A DNA stretch of 63,943 nt, counting the filler, from Lama guanicoe (Eukaryota): the NCBI GenBank assembly GCA_013239625.1. It is 202 parts of 202 records of this genome, joined end to end, with 100 filler letters (N's around TTAATTAATTAA, not from the genome) between each part and the next. Parts side by side here need not be neighbours in the genome. Positions count along the whole stretch, not along the records: positions 37,404 to 37,620 come from PNXV01039202.1; positions 37,721 to 37,937 come from PNXV01039203.1; positions 38,038 to 38,254 come from PNXV01039204.1; positions 38,355 to 38,571 come from PNXV01039205.1; positions 38,672 to 38,888 come from PNXV01039206.1; positions 38,989 to 39,205 come from PNXV01039207.1; positions 39,306 to 39,522 come from PNXV01039208.1; positions 39,623 to 39,839 come from PNXV01039209.1; 194 more parts are not named here. The stretch is one strand, 5' to 3'. Under the pieces are notes generated by a model. It searched no databases and had not been told where the DNA came from. It worked only from the letters and a program-made list of their open reading frames with translations. Positions 37,506 to 50,933 of the stretch are shown here, piece by piece (position 1 is the first letter of the stretch; every line of letters begins with the position of its first letter). The position numbers were made by a program, and so were the translations under genes.

Positions 37506-38989
37506 TTGGATCATATCCTGTTGCATCAGCCCAGTTAAGGCAGGCTGAGCAGATTGGCGTGGAGCAATTATTAAATTTTGTCCCTGAGGCCCCAGAGCCA
37601 TCACACCTGAGCCCAACCCTNNNNNNNNNNNNNNNNNNNNNNNNNNNNNNNNNNNNNNNNNNNNTTAATTAATTAANNNNNNNNNNNNNNNNNNNNNNNN
37701 NNNNNNNNNNNNNNNNNNNNTTCATACTTTGGTCCAGCTCCCCCGGGCGCAGCGGGGAGGGGTGACTGTCCTGTACGCTGAGGTTTGGGGATAGTGGCGA
37801 AGGGTGTCCCTGTGTACATAAGTGCTCAGCGACGTGCAGCGATGGCGAATTCGGTGAGACGTGACAGCTGCTTCCTGGACGCTGACCGTCTACGCGGTGT
37901 CTGTCACGAAACAGCGCTCTTGTGTCACAGCCCTGCANNNNNNNNNNNNNNNNNNNNNNNNNNNNNNNNNNNNNNNNNNNNTTAATTAATTAANNNNNNN
38001 NNNNNNNNNNNNNNNNNNNNNNNNNNNNNNNNNNNNNAAAGGTAATGAGAGCTATGAATGTCCCCTTCTTGACTAGTTCAGCCTTGTTCCTCCAATCCTA
38101 AAATCTTTACTGTCCTATTTAAATGAATCTGATGTCTTAACACACAACTGAAGAGTTTTTAGCCAAGGAAAGGAATCGGGAAGCCACAAATATATTTTGT
38201 CAGTATATATTAAATTTACATGAATTAAATTAAATTAAATTCACCCATCTGAAANNNNNNNNNNNNNNNNNNNNNNNNNNNNNNNNNNNNNNNNNNNNTT
38301 AATTAATTAANNNNNNNNNNNNNNNNNNNNNNNNNNNNNNNNNNNNNNNNNNNNTATGATTTAAGTTTGTATTCTCTTTCTTAAACTAAAATAAACTAAA
38401 ATTATCCATGTTTTCTCTTTTAAAATGTGCTTGCATTAAGCATTCCTTAATTCCTTTGTATCTCCTGATGATCTTGAAGTGATGTAATATAATGTCCAAG
38501 GAAACTACAGAAAATAATTCTTCAACAAATATTAACACACATGCATAGAATACATGGGATGCATGTTTACANNNNNNNNNNNNNNNNNNNNNNNNNNNNN
38601 NNNNNNNNNNNNNNNTTAATTAATTAANNNNNNNNNNNNNNNNNNNNNNNNNNNNNNNNNNNNNNNNNNNNGCACTGCCTGGAATGCCTTTCCCCTAACT
38701 TCAGTTTATCCAAATTAAACATGTTTTTAGACATTTTCTTCTTAGAACATTTCCTCATATATTCAAGCTGACCGTCATCTGTTGTACTTTAGGAGTCTGG
38801 TGACTGTTTTTTCATTTTTTGCCTTGAGATAAGAAAATACTACTTTGAATTGATGTTTTCTTTTTTATCAGATATTGTCTAATTTTGGNNNNNNNNNNNN
38901 NNNNNNNNNNNNNNNNNNNNNNNNNNNNNNNNTTAATTAATTAANNNNNNNNNNNNNNNNNNNNNNNNNNNNNNNNNNNNNNNNNNNNC

Positions 38990-39205
<216 letters not shown>

Positions 39206-39622
39206 NNNNNNNNNNNNNNNNNNNNNNNNNNNNNNNNNNNNNNNNNNNNTTAATTAATTAANNNNNNNNNNNNNNNNNNNNNNNNNNNNNNNNNNNNNNN
39301 NNNNNAAAAGGAACGTTGCCGTTAGCAGTGGCCAGGAGCACTTTTCCCAGGAGAACTATTCCTAAGGCACTTACTGTGACTCCGAATCTCTTGTGCTGTT
39401 TTGTGTTGATCGCTGCTCCTTCTCCCCACCCTTCGGAATGTGGCTACAGGGAAATGTTATTACAACTTACTCGGCTTAGCTGGGCTTCATTAAAGGCTAA
39501 TCGGCCCATGCAATCTATTGTANNNNNNNNNNNNNNNNNNNNNNNNNNNNNNNNNNNNNNNNNNNNTTAATTAATTAANNNNNNNNNNNNNNNNNNNNNN
39601 NNNNNNNNNNNNNNNNNNNNNN

Positions 39623-39839
39623 CAGTTCCAACCCCACAATATACATATAGATTGGGAAGTTCAAGCTCCAACCCGGTTTTACAGTGAAAACTGCAAGAAA
39701 TTCAAACCAGCACTAGGAATCAGACTGAGAACACTGAGTAAGTGTTTCCTCTTCAACTCGTTCCTTTAGTGCTGGATCAACAAACGTATATCCACATGCT
39801 CAGTTCTGAGAGATAAGTGTTTGTTAAAGCCGTCCTTCA
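39623..39839 (+). repeat. ~250-bp satellite monomer fragment
   Basis: Shared core ttacagtgaaaactgca.gaa.ttcaaacc.gc; runs on into aaagccgtccttca, the start of the 45646 register. Confidence 0.85.
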
Positions 39840-41011
39840 NNNNNNNNNNNNNNNNNNNNNNNNNNNNNNNNNNNNNNNNNNNNTTAATTAATTAANNNNN
39901 NNNNNNNNNNNNNNNNNNNNNNNNNNNNNNNNNNNNNNNTTAACAAAGATAATACTAGCTTCTAGGTAGAAGAAACGTCAAGTTCCAGTAGATTGTCACA
40001 AGTTTATGCTTCTCTCCCACAGTGTCCAAACAGGTGTTCCTGGTCGGTGGGTAGCTCTCCTCCTATGATGTGGAAATTTGGACCCCTTTCTTCTTGTGAC
40101 TTCCCATCTTCAACCAGTGATGCAACAAGTGGCCCTCAGGGTCATGTCCCTTCCAGNNNNNNNNNNNNNNNNNNNNNNNNNNNNNNNNNNNNNNNNNNNN
40201 TTAATTAATTAANNNNNNNNNNNNNNNNNNNNNNNNNNNNNNNNNNNNNNNNNNNNCCTCTGCTCTTGAAGCACCCACAGCGCAGCAGGGCAACAGACAT
40301 TTCACCGCTATATAGTGTGAGATTAGCAGAAATGTGTTCAAAAACCAGAGGTGCAAGAGGAAGTCTTTCTGTTTAAGGTCGAAACAGGGACGGGAGGGGG
40401 AGAAAGGTCTCGGCTGGGCCTACTTGATGAATAGAATTGCTTCAAAAAGTCAAAAATGATGTGCATTCCAAATNNNNNNNNNNNNNNNNNNNNNNNNNNN
40501 NNNNNNNNNNNNNNNNNTTAATTAATTAANNNNNNNNNNNNNNNNNNNNNNNNNNNNNNNNNNNNNNNNNNNNATTAAAGAGTCTAGCTCAAGATACTGT
40601 GTGCTTAACATTACACTGTCTTGACTCCATATTATCAGGTTAATCAATTTCACCTACATGGGTATAAGATAGGAAATTCAGAGGAGCAAGCTTATTCATT
40701 TTGAATGACCAAGACAAGTAAATGAGTCTACCTGAAAGTGTTAGAGACATAAAATCACATCAACAATTACTAAAAAACAAAACAAAACTANNNNNNNNNN
40801 NNNNNNNNNNNNNNNNNNNNNNNNNNNNNNNNNNTTAATTAATTAANNNNNNNNNNNNNNNNNNNNNNNNNNNNNNNNNNNNNNNNNNNNCCCATGTGAG
40901 GACACACAGTGTCCCTCTCCCAGCCAAGACAGCTCTGCTCAAGATCTGCCAGAAGTCATTTGTATCTTTGGGAAATTTTAAATCCAGGTAGTTTATTTCC
41001 TAGGGAGAGAT

Positions 41012-41107
41012 TGTGACCAAAGGCAGGTTCGTGTGCCTGCTGCACCATGAGGCCAAATAAACTGTAACATAAGTTTGGAGCAGAGAAAGGTTTATTGCAG
41101 GACCAAG
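41012..41107 (-). mobile_element. ERV LTR 3' end, same family as 17463-17649
   Basis: Direct similarity between the two contigs; tttatt (AATAAA on the minus strand). Confidence 0.7.
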
Positions 41108-42557
41108 NNNNNNNNNNNNNNNNNNNNNNNNNNNNNNNNNNNNNNNNNNNNTTAATTAATTAANNNNNNNNNNNNNNNNNNNNNNNNNNNNNNNNNNNNN
41201 NNNNNNNATGAAACAGCCTCTGTTGGAAGAGATGCCGCTGGGGATTTTCAGAGCTGGAGGCAAGTCAGTGCCTGGCATCAGAGCATCGAGACAGGCTGAC
41301 TCTCTCACTAGGGGCCAATGCAGCGGGCGACTTGGAGTTGAACTCAGTGCTCAGTTGCCATCTGAGCACCCTACGGCCCGTAGGTTTGCGCTCAGCCTGC
41401 TCTGCCTGCGCTCTGTGCCTGGAANNNNNNNNNNNNNNNNNNNNNNNNNNNNNNNNNNNNNNNNNNNNTTAATTAATTAANNNNNNNNNNNNNNNNNNNN
41501 NNNNNNNNNNNNNNNNNNNNNNNNGCTCAACCCACGTGAGTCCCGGCATGAGTGATGCAGACACTCATTGCCCAACTCTGACTCAGCACAGCAGGTGGGA
41601 ACCAGGGCCGACCAGAGCTGGGAAAGGCTGGTCTGAATCTGCAGGTGGCTGTGCACGGGCCGCAGGGGAGCCGCAGCCCTCGTCCTCCGTGTCCTTCCGT
41701 GTTTGTGTCTTTGCTTCGTCAAGAACGTGGAGGGCCTCGTGNNNNNNNNNNNNNNNNNNNNNNNNNNNNNNNNNNNNNNNNNNNNTTAATTAATTAANNN
41801 NNNNNNNNNNNNNNNNNNNNNNNNNNNNNNNNNNNNNNNNNTAAAAAAAAATGAGAAAAAAAATCTAAAAATCAGCAAAAAGTTTTTTTTTTAAAAATTA
41901 TATAGTCCACACTGAACAGATAGAATCCGCCACTATTTTTATTATGATTTCTGCATTACTAGCGCATAGAGCAATGATCAAGATCAAGTAATTTTAGTCT
42001 GAGAAAGCCATATTCAAAAAGTCTCCACCAATTTGTACTTCTGTAACTTTGTTCAAGTNNNNNNNNNNNNNNNNNNNNNNNNNNNNNNNNNNNNNNNNNN
42101 NNTTAATTAATTAANNNNNNNNNNNNNNNNNNNNNNNNNNNNNNNNNNNNNNNNNNNNAAAAACTGCATCTTCATTTTTGCTAGCCTCTAACTGAAACTT
42201 AGCATTTCCTTCAACAACGAATGTTGACCACAGATCACCACAGTATTAACAGTGCCTGTGACAGATACTTCCATATCATATTACATTTTTTGTAGATATT
42301 TCAAAATATTATGAATACTCACCACTGCTCTAACATTATAGTAATTCTTAAATTCACCATTAGATTTGGTTTTTTNNNNNNNNNNNNNNNNNNNNNNNNN
42401 NNNNNNNNNNNNNNNNNNNTTAATTAATTAANNNNNNNNNNNNNNNNNNNNNNNNNNNNNNNNNNNNNNNNNNNNCTGTCACAACTGAGCTGTAACACCC
42501 AGCTGTAACACATTTTTCTGCAACTAGCTACTGCTCTGGAAGCATTTGAGGTGAGAC

Positions 42558-42692
42558 CTGTGAGCCAACACAAGTTTCTGTGATGATGGAAATCTTCTGT
42601 ATTTGTACAGTACAGCATGGTGGCCGTCACCTGCATGGGGCTAGTGAGTCCTTGGAACGTGATCCGTGTGATTGAGGGAGAGGATGTTTAAT
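42558..42692 (+). mobile_element. MER3 (hAT-Charlie) fragment
   Basis: tttctgtgatgatggaaatcttctgtatttgtac...catggggctagtgagtccttggaacgtg. Confidence 0.75.
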
Positions 42693-43585
42693 NNNNNNNN
42701 NNNNNNNNNNNNNNNNNNNNNNNNNNNNNNNNNNNNTTAATTAATTAANNNNNNNNNNNNNNNNNNNNNNNNNNNNNNNNNNNNNNNNNNNNATTTAGAG
42801 ACTCCTGTGTATGGAGCTAAGTAAGACTAGATGATGACTGAGTAAATACCAAACCCGCAAACTAGAAAGTGTATATTTTAAGATTTTTTCCCATTGGCTG
42901 TGAAAGGAGACCTGTATATTCATCTAAATTTTAATTTTCTATGTCATCTCAAACTGCCTCAAAAATACATGGAGATCAGAGAGAGTCACACGGTTCAGTG
43001 TCATACATANNNNNNNNNNNNNNNNNNNNNNNNNNNNNNNNNNNNNNNNNNNNTTAATTAATTAANNNNNNNNNNNNNNNNNNNNNNNNNNNNNNNNNNN
43101 NNNNNNNNNTTCTGTAAGCTGCCTTTCCCTACTTTTTGATAGATAAATGAAATCTCTTCAGAACTGAAAGATTAATGCGTGTGCTTTATCATCTGGGTTC
43201 GGAAGCTCTCTCTTTTTAGACACATAGTAACAAAAGTAAAATGGACATCTTCAGCCCCACCATTCTGCAGTGAAAGTATCTTTTTTTAAAATAAAACTTA
43301 CGCTTTAATATCAGTCTGTTCTGCCCNNNNNNNNNNNNNNNNNNNNNNNNNNNNNNNNNNNNNNNNNNNNTTAATTAATTAANNNNNNNNNNNNNNNNNN
43401 NNNNNNNNNNNNNNNNNNNNNNNNNNAAAAAAAAAAAAAGTATCATGAATTTTCAGTTCTTTTCTCCTTTCTGAGTTCATGGGAAAGTATTTGTGGCAGA
43501 GATGATGTTACACTGGCCACTTTAATATCAAAATATCCAAGGGTGACATGATTATTAAATATTTGAGCATTTAAAAAAAATCTTC

Positions 43586-43643
43586 AACTCACACACCTAT
43601 GGTCAATTAATCTTTGACAAAGGAGGCAAGAATACACAATGGA
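43586..43643 (+). mobile_element. L1 ORF2 fragment (start of a probable 5'-truncated copy)
   Basis: cacacacctatggtcaattaatctttgacaaaggaggcaagaatacacaatgga. Confidence 0.85.
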
Positions 43644-44739
43644 NNNNNNNNNNNNNNNNNNNNNNNNNNNNNNNNNNNNNNNNNNNNTTAATTAATTAAN
43701 NNNNNNNNNNNNNNNNNNNNNNNNNNNNNNNNNNNNNNNNNNNCTCCTAACACTAAGCTTGCCGCATAATAAGAGCTTAATAAGTACTGGTTGAATGGAT
43801 GCGTACATGCAAGATGTGCTAAACAAAGGACAGTGTGCATTTATATGTAGTGACAAATTCACTCCTATTTTGAAATTGATGCCATGGATGGTCTTAGCCT
43901 AATATCAGCACACTTTGCCCAGGTGACAGCTCATGTCATTGTACTTATTTCATTGGGATANNNNNNNNNNNNNNNNNNNNNNNNNNNNNNNNNNNNNNNN
44001 NNNNTTAATTAATTAANNNNNNNNNNNNNNNNNNNNNNNNNNNNNNNNNNNNNNNNNNNNTAGCATTTACCTGTTCTTTGTACAATGTGTTTCCCCAGTC
44101 GGTGGCCAAAAGCAATAATATTCTGATTTAACTAAAGTCTGAAGTGCTCTGGTGGAATATATTGTTTATAGTTATATATCACATTAAAAACAAAATTATG
44201 TAAAAATACATCCCGTAATCCTACTTTGCTAAATATTCCAGTCCTCTAAAGTACTCCTCCAGTGGTGGTGATGGAAGNNNNNNNNNNNNNNNNNNNNNNN
44301 NNNNNNNNNNNNNNNNNNNNNTTAATTAATTAANNNNNNNNNNNNNNNNNNNNNNNNNNNNNNNNNNNNNNNNNNNNAGTTTATCAGTTGAAAGGTAAAT
44401 AAACTGGTCATGATAACAGAACATGTGAAGATTATAGGACACATTCAGCGTGACTGGTAGAGAAAGGAATGGACACTGGCTAAAATCTAAATAAAAGACA
44501 TTCAATTCCCAGCTCTTGACTCCTGTAGGAAAGGAGCAAGGCACGAATTCTGCACTGCTGTCTTGGACATTGGTTCCCACCTCCCTGCTTTCCANNNNNN
44601 NNNNNNNNNNNNNNNNNNNNNNNNNNNNNNNNNNNNNNTTAATTAATTAANNNNNNNNNNNNNNNNNNNNNNNNNNNNNNNNNNNNNNNNNNNNTCCATC
44701 TCCTCGACTGTCTGTCTTTCATCACTATGGCCATTTCCA

Positions 44740-44800
44740 GTGCTTAATCCAGTGTCTTCACAAAAGTGCTCAGTAAAGGTTGAATGAATGAATGAATCAA
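44740..44800 (+). mobile_element. L2 3' end
   Basis: gtgctcagtaaaggttgaatgaatgaatgaat. Confidence 0.65.
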
Positions 44801-45385
44801 ACTCCTATTTCTTGTGTAAGTCCCCTCAGAACCGTTCCTGGCCCCCGACCCTCTCCTGTAGGGGGGAGGGGGCCCTCTGTCTTGCTCCCATAAGCCCTTA
44901 GGAACACCAGTNNNNNNNNNNNNNNNNNNNNNNNNNNNNNNNNNNNNNNNNNNNNTTAATTAATTAANNNNNNNNNNNNNNNNNNNNNNNNNNNNNNNNN
45001 NNNNNNNNNNNCTTTTGTGGGTCTTTTTACAATTACCTTGACTCAGAGAAATGGCTTTTCAAAAAAAATCGGCAGAAATGGCCTTTTGGGTCTGATAGGG
45101 ATCGAACTGATTCTGTCGGTTGCCTCGAGAGTGTTGTCACGTCCACGGCATTAAGTCTCCAAGCCAGGATGCTGGGATGTCTTGTCTTTAACTTAGGTCT
45201 GTTCCAGTTTCCCTCGACAAGTTGACAANNNNNNNNNNNNNNNNNNNNNNNNNNNNNNNNNNNNNNNNNNNNTTAATTAATTAANNNNNNNNNNNNNNNN
45301 NNNNNNNNNNNNNNNNNNNNNNNNNNNNGTAAGTTAAGATGAGTCACCCTTAAGGGGATTCAGGAAGGACCCTGTAGCAAAATAA

Positions 45386-45536
45386 TTTTTCTTCTTCTTA
45401 AAATTTTTTACTTAGTTTTAGTTCTGAGGGGGAGGTAATTAGGTTTCTTTATTCATTGTAATGGAGGTACTTGGGACTGAACCCAGGACCTCATGCATGC
45501 TAAGCATGAGATCTACCACTGAGCTCTACCATCCCC
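45386..45536 (-). mobile_element. Full-length tRNA-derived SINE (Vic-1-like)
   Basis: Minus strand: ggggatggtagagctcagtggtaga...catgcttagcatgcatgaggtcctgggttcagtcccaagtacctccatt...aaacctaattacctccccc plus an A-rich tail. Confidence 0.88.
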
Positions 45537-45645
45537 TCTAAAATANNNNNNNNNNNNNNNNNNNNNNNNNNNNNNNNNNNNNNNNNNNNTTAATTAATTA
45601 ANNNNNNNNNNNNNNNNNNNNNNNNNNNNNNNNNNNNNNNNNNNN

Positions 45646-45861
45646 AAAGCCCTCTTTCACCTAGCTTGAATGGAACACAAACTTTCTTTTCAGTTGAAAA
45701 CTCCACTGTATGTATATATATGGGGAGGTACAATCCCAAAATCGGGTTTACAGTGAAAACTGCAGGAACTTCAAACCGGCTCTTAAAAACAGACTGAAAA
45801 ACCAGAGTAAGTCTTTCTCCTGCAAACCGTTCCCTTTGTGCTGGATGAACGAACGTCTCTC
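45646..45861 (+). repeat. ~250-bp satellite monomer fragment
   Basis: Aligns with three other contigs in different registers. Confidence 0.85.
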
Positions 45862-47546
45862 NNNNNNNNNNNNNNNNNNNNNNNNNNNNNNNNNNNNNNN
45901 NNNNNTTAATTAATTAANNNNNNNNNNNNNNNNNNNNNNNNNNNNNNNNNNNNNNNNNNNNTCTTTCTCTCTTTCCTTCTTTCCTTCTTTCCTTCCCTTT
46001 AGGTGCGGTTTCATCTCAGTGCAAGCTTTTCAAAACCCAGGGTTTATTAATTGGCTGGAAGATTCTTCATTTTCTATCTCCTGACCTTGCTCCTTCTAAT
46101 TTCTACATGCAGCCAAGTGAGCGTCATTCTAAGAAACCAGAACAGACAGATTCATAGTGAACACTCAGAATTAAAAGTNNNNNNNNNNNNNNNNNNNNNN
46201 NNNNNNNNNNNNNNNNNNNNNNTTAATTAATTAANNNNNNNNNNNNNNNNNNNNNNNNNNNNNNNNNNNNNNNNNNNNCTGATGAGATTGCTCAGGGTGG
46301 GGACATAGCACAGGAGTCCTCCGTCAGGAAATCCTCCATCCACTGACCCCTGAGAACTGCTGTCAATGGCTCTCGAAAGACTTCACCTTCGTAAATATCA
46401 TCACTCTCTCCATGGAGGGGCCAAAGCCCTTCCACACATAAGGAGTGTCCTGCAGTGGCTCAGAACAGCGAAGCCCATTGGTCATGGCATCCTCANNNNN
46501 NNNNNNNNNNNNNNNNNNNNNNNNNNNNNNNNNNNNNNNTTAATTAATTAANNNNNNNNNNNNNNNNNNNNNNNNNNNNNNNNNNNNNNNNNNNNCCGAC
46601 CCCAGACCCACCTGCCCCGGCCCCAGCCCCAGGCTGACCCCTGCAGCCCTGAGGAGCTCCCTGTTGGCTCCCTCTCACCCCAGTGACTACCAGCTCCAGT
46701 GCCCTGGGTGACTCCCGGGGCACCAGGATCCTGGGAACCCAGGCCTCCTCTAACCCAGCACAATGCTGGCCCTCGAGGCCCTCGCCAGCTGCTGCGACTG
46801 CCCTGCTGGCTTNNNNNNNNNNNNNNNNNNNNNNNNNNNNNNNNNNNNNNNNNNNNTTAATTAATTAANNNNNNNNNNNNNNNNNNNNNNNNNNNNNNNN
46901 NNNNNNNNNNNNATGAGAACCCATTTCACTGTACTGAGATAATTCAGGTCAGGCTGCTGAGGGGTTAGGTCTAGAGTATTGTAGGAGATTTTGGTCAGTT
47001 GCCTTTCTAGTTCAGCTTAAAGATCCTCATTGACCCAGTAGCTAATGCTCAAGTTTTCTGTAGGTAGCATCTTTCAGATTATCACTTGTACCCTGCTGCC
47101 TACAGTGATAACCATGCCTGTCTTAGTTCNNNNNNNNNNNNNNNNNNNNNNNNNNNNNNNNNNNNNNNNNNNNTTAATTAATTAANNNNNNNNNNNNNNN
47201 NNNNNNNNNNNNNNNNNNNNNNNNNNNNNTTTAAGGAAACAGAAATTACAAGTCCAAATTGTCTAAAAATTTTCAGAAGACATTATTATTGTAATATTAT
47301 ACCTTGGAAGTCTTCTCCCAAGCATAAAGTCAAAGCTGCTAAGAACAGTTTGTGTAGAAGCACACCTAAGGGGATGCTGCCACTTTCACTAATGATCGCT
47401 TTCTATTAGGAGATGAAAATTGTCTTAGTTTTTGTGTTAGTATTGTNNNNNNNNNNNNNNNNNNNNNNNNNNNNNNNNNNNNNNNNNNNNTTAATTAATT
47501 AANNNNNNNNNNNNNNNNNNNNNNNNNNNNNNNNNNNNNNNNNNNN

Positions 47547-47620
47547 GCTCCTGGCTCTCAGTCTGGACTGGAACTACAGCACTGGCTCTCCCGGGGCCTC
47601 CAGCCTACAGATGGCAGACC
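47547..47620. mobile_element. MLT2 LTR fragment
   Basis: ggactggaactacagcactggctctcccggggcctccagcctacagatggcaga. Confidence 0.65.
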
Positions 47621-49189
47621 ACAATCTGCTTAGAAAGGAGACCACAGCCTAATCGTGACCTAAAATGATTGAAGTCAGAAGAATCAACCACTGTAGCTTG
47701 TCTCTAGATTTCTCAGCATGGAATGCAAGCCCAAAGAATTCAAAAGACAGGTTAAAAAAAAAANNNNNNNNNNNNNNNNNNNNNNNNNNNNNNNNNNNNN
47801 NNNNNNNTTAATTAATTAANNNNNNNNNNNNNNNNNNNNNNNNNNNNNNNNNNNNNNNNNNNNTCCGTTCCCCTCGACAAGAGATTTCTAGAAAAGAACC
47901 AAACGCACACAATGTGTGAAGGCAGTTGCTGAAAGTCACGCGGAGTGACTGCTGAAAGCCAGAGATCAGCTCAGGAGATGGCGCTCCTGCAGCCGCCCCT
48001 CTGTAACCGCTGCTGTCAGTGTCAGGCTGAAAGGACACAGTGCGGGCTGGTGGCACAGCCTGCTGTTCTGCGCAAAGCACNNNNNNNNNNNNNNNNNNNN
48101 NNNNNNNNNNNNNNNNNNNNNNNNTTAATTAATTAANNNNNNNNNNNNNNNNNNNNNNNNNNNNNNNNNNNNNNNNNNNNCACAGACTTTGGGGGGACAG
48201 AAAACCTGACAGCCAGTGAGCCCCAGCCAGTCCTTCATCGTCTCTGATTCTCAGAAGGTGCACTGGACCTTTGGGCTCCCCGGAGGAGGGAAGCCCTGTT
48301 TCAGGTTCTGTCACTGTGATGACAGCAAGTCCAGCAGAACCCTTGACCGAGCCCTTTTGTGAGAGCTCGCCACCCCGCCCACCAGGCCCGTGGGGCANNN
48401 NNNNNNNNNNNNNNNNNNNNNNNNNNNNNNNNNNNNNNNNNTTAATTAATTAANNNNNNNNNNNNNNNNNNNNNNNNNNNNNNNNNNNNNNNNNNNNATG
48501 AGGTGGGGAGAACAAGACATACAGCAGAGACAATAATCTGAAAGTTCATTCAGAACTGGACTTCAGTGGATGTAGAGAGGGGGTATATAAATATACATAT
48601 TTAGTATTTAGAAATTCTTATCGTATGTTGGAGATATTTGGCTAGAAATTTTGTTGACCTCAAGCCATTTAGCACCTTGGGAAGTATTTTATTTACATAT
48701 ATTCCAATTTTCATNNNNNNNNNNNNNNNNNNNNNNNNNNNNNNNNNNNNNNNNNNNNTTAATTAATTAANNNNNNNNNNNNNNNNNNNNNNNNNNNNNN
48801 NNNNNNNNNNNNNNCCGGCCGGCTTCCCGCTCCGCGGCGCCCTCCCCGACGCCCCCTGCCTCCTTCCCTCCTGCGTCTTTCCAGCTCCCCTCTGTCATCG
48901 CTGGTATGCGTCTGAGTATGCGCTCAGGGCTTTTGTTTTTGTTTTTGCTTTTGCTTTTTTCTCTTTGCTCTTACAACCCTGGAGTCAAAGGCAGGGGAGC
49001 AAAAGTGGGGAGGAGTTACAAAAAATAAAAGNNNNNNNNNNNNNNNNNNNNNNNNNNNNNNNNNNNNNNNNNNNNTTAATTAATTAANNNNNNNNNNNNN
49101 NNNNNNNNNNNNNNNNNNNNNNNNNNNNNNNTCTGGGTATAGAATTCTAATTTGATGATTTAGTTTATTTCTTTATTTAATTTTATTTA

Positions 49190-49348
49190 ATTCTTTCCTT
49201 CTTTCTTTCTCTTCTTTCCTTCCTTCCTCTCTTTCTTTCTCTCTTTCTTTCTTTCTTTGTCTTTCTTTCTTTCTTCCTTCCTTCCTTCCTCCCTCTCTTT
49301 CTTTCTTTCTCTCTTTCTATCTCTTTCTCTCTTCTTTCTCTATTTCTT
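49190..49348. repeat. (TTTC/TTCC/TC)n polypyrimidine simple repeat
   Basis: Directly visible. Confidence 0.95.
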
Positions 49349-49448
49349 NNNNNNNNNNNNNNNNNNNNNNNNNNNNNNNNNNNNNNNNNNNNTTAATTAA
49401 TTAANNNNNNNNNNNNNNNNNNNNNNNNNNNNNNNNNNNNNNNNNNNN

Positions 49449-49665
49449 TTTTCTCAATTTGTTTCCTAGTGCCGGTTTGTACTTCCTACAGTTTTCACTG
49501 TAAACCGGATTTGGAACTTGTACCTCCTCATATATATGTTTGGAATGTTGTTGACAACTGAAAAGACACTTTTTGTTCCCTTGAAGCTACGTGAAGTACA
49601 TCTTTCTCACACAGTTAAGTCTCAGAACTGAGCAATGGAGAGACGTTCGTTCATCTAGCACAAAG
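49449..49665 (-). repeat. ~250-bp satellite fragment spanning the monomer junction
   Basis: Reverse complement starts with the end of the 45646 contig (ctttgtgct.gatgaacgaacgtctctc) and continues into its beginning (aaag....cttcac.tagctt). Confidence 0.85.
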
Positions 49666-50194
49666 NNNNNNNNNNNNNNNNNNNNNNNNNNNNNNNNNNN
49701 NNNNNNNNNTTAATTAATTAANNNNNNNNNNNNNNNNNNNNNNNNNNNNNNNNNNNNNNNNNNNNTCCTGAGCCCACTATTCCATAGTACGTGCATGATT
49801 TGTTTCCCCAAACTTCCCCCCACAGCCCCCGGAGGGGGTATGAAATTACAAGAAATTGACAATGTGACTTTACGTCAGTGGTCGGTGATAGGACTTACGC
49901 GTATTCAGATTGCGAGCTATTAAAAACATAAGGTCTCTCCCACCCACACCCGTTCCATGAAGTATTTTACCACCCTTGAAAANNNNNNNNNNNNNNNNNN
50001 NNNNNNNNNNNNNNNNNNNNNNNNNNTTAATTAATTAANNNNNNNNNNNNNNNNNNNNNNNNNNNNNNNNNNNNNNNNNNNNGTTGTTGGGAAAACTACT
50101 CGTTAGGTGGACTTACCATAGTCACGGCCTTATGCCACTTAACCATATTTTCTTCTTGTGCTTTCGAGAACATTGTAAAGCTGATAGAAAGAAA

Positions 50195-50299
50195 ACAAGT
50201 AGGAGGGAATACTCCCAAACTCATTCTATGAGGCCACCATCAGTCTGATACCAAAAACAAGCAAAGACACCACCAAAAAAGAGAATTAAAGACCAATAT
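50195..50299 (+). mobile_element. L1 ORF2 fragment
   Basis: gagggaatactcccaaactcattctatgaggccaccatc (EGILPNSFYEATI). Confidence 0.9.
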
Positions 50300-50716
50300 N
50301 NNNNNNNNNNNNNNNNNNNNNNNNNNNNNNNNNNNNNNNNNNNTTAATTAATTAANNNNNNNNNNNNNNNNNNNNNNNNNNNNNNNNNNNNNNNNNNNNC
50401 TGGCTGTCATCTTCTGTGCCCATTTGGTTCCTTGAGAAATCAATGCATTGTCCTTTCGAGTCTCCTCCGTAGGCAGAAAGCCATGCACCTCACTCGGCCT
50501 GCATTTGCTTTATAGCATTTACTCCTCTCTGAAATCATACTGACCATTTTGCTTAAATAAATGAGCACCCCCATTTCCACGTTCTCATGTGACAGGAGCA
50601 GGAAGCAAATGTAGACNNNNNNNNNNNNNNNNNNNNNNNNNNNNNNNNNNNNNNNNNNNNTTAATTAATTAANNNNNNNNNNNNNNNNNNNNNNNNNNNN
50701 NNNNNNNNNNNNNNNN

Positions 50717-50748
<32 letters not shown>

Positions 50749-50749
50749 T

Positions 50750-50933
50750 ATTCTTTCTTATTAAAGGTTACTGCAAGATATTGAATTTAGTTCCATGTGC
50801 TATACATAAGAAATTTATTTTTTATCTGTATATATAGTGGTTAACTTTTGCAAATCTCAAATTCCCAAATTTATTCCTTCCCATCCCCTTTCCCCTGATA
50901 ACCATAAGATTGTTTACTATGTCTGCAAGTCTG
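50750..50933 (-). mobile_element. L1 3' UTR fragment preceded by (TA)n(CA)n
   Basis: aggttactgcaagatattgaat...cccctttcccctgataaccataagattgtttactatgtctg. Confidence 0.85.
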